A stretch of DNA of 64,000 nt from positions 1-64,000 of the IMG/VR virus record IMGVR_UViG_3300026522_000002. The stretch is one strand, 5' to 3'. Under the pieces are notes generated by a model. That model was given only the letters and a program-made list of their open reading frames with translations, did no database searches and was not told the DNA's origin. The position numbers were made by a program, and so were the translations under genes. Below, in pieces: positions 63,146-64,000 of the stretch. The first letter of the stretch is position 1. Each line of letters opens with the position of its first letter. Source of the stretch: a virus. Taxonomy: Duplodnaviria; Caudoviricetes.

Positions 63146-63714
63146 TACTAGGGAGTCATAATAGTTGGAGTTATCTACCTCCAAAGAAATGGTACATGAA
63201 GCCATTTAGATTTACAGCACAGTGTCAAGATTGGGACATAAAAACTCAATATGAACACGGAGTGCGCTGCTTTGATTTACGATTGTAGTATGATAAAGAT
63301 ACACTACACGTTGTACACGGATCAATGATATACAAAATTACATGTGCAGAATTGCTAAAAGACCTCGAATGGTTGAATAAACATGGTGATGTATATGTAA
63401 GAGTATTACATGACGCTCGTACTAAGAAATTGCACAATGAAAGAGCTGTAAAGAACTTTCAGAATGATTGTGCAGCATTTGAACAACTTTACCCAAATAT
63501 TAAATTCTGGTGCGGCAAGAACCTATATAATTGGACAAACGACTATGAATTCAAAAATAACCCTTCTTGCGCGGAGTATTATAGTTCTGTTGTTCTTCCT
63601 AAAATCGATGACCTTTATCCGAGGTGTTATGCGAAAAAGAACAACAAAATGATCTACGAAAAGGGTACTGATAAAGATATACTATTGTTAGATTTTGTAA
63701 ACTATGTGGTTTAA
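63142..63714 (+). CDS. PI-PLC-like phosphodiesterase (TAG=Gln)
   Basis: LGSHNS...Q...QYEHGVRCFDLR...HG, PI-PLC X-domain motifs. Confidence 0.82.
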
Positions 63715-63925
63715 AGAAAGTAATAGAGACAAGCACTTCCTTTACGCTATACCGTGCGGATTAATAGGAACAGAGCTGTTTGTAGCTGGTCTTGCTACAG
63801 GAATGGAATTTAAAGATAAATCATACGGCAATAAATGGGATTGGATTGACTGGTTGATGACAATGGCCGGTGGTCTAATTGGACAAGCTATATAGGCAGG
63901 CATTATTTATGCTATAGTAAAATAA
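63704..63925 (+). CDS. Small membrane protein (TAG=Gln)
   Basis: DKHF...EFKD...WDWIDWLMT..GG. Confidence 0.68.
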
Positions 63926-64000
63926 CGCAACAATAAGCGTACACAAATATTGACACATAATTATATTATTATAATAATATGAAGAAGAAACAAAATATTC

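Overview
This window is about 64 kb of a crAss-like (Crassvirales) Bacteroidota phage genome. The + strand late/virion genes (1-15.5 kb and 52.8-64 kb) are broken by many in-frame TAG codons and only rejoin if TAG is read as sense (genetic code 15, TAG=Gln). A CUA-anticodon suppressor tRNA lies at 51007-51081. The - strand replication and early genes (15.6-48 kb) are open in the standard code. Three group I introns interrupt catalytic motifs: RNAP DxDxD (with a LAGLIDADG ORF), PolB motif A (no ORF) and dUTPase motif III (with an HNH ORF). The most unusual content is non-coding RNA: a circularly permuted two-piece tmRNA (tag GNSYIADYTKLAA), about 14 tRNA-like elements that keep the acceptor stem and T-arm but have a remodelled D or anticodon arm (one is also permuted, one has an Ala identity), a hammerhead ribozyme, and a ~2 kb ORF-free structured region. 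Once recoded, the giant virion RNAP protein also carries macro-like, NADAR, DUF1848 (radical-SAM-like) and HExxH modules, and a hidden kinase-like gene and a PI-PLC-like gene appear after the portal. All calls were made by eye from motifs and base pairing; no searches were run.
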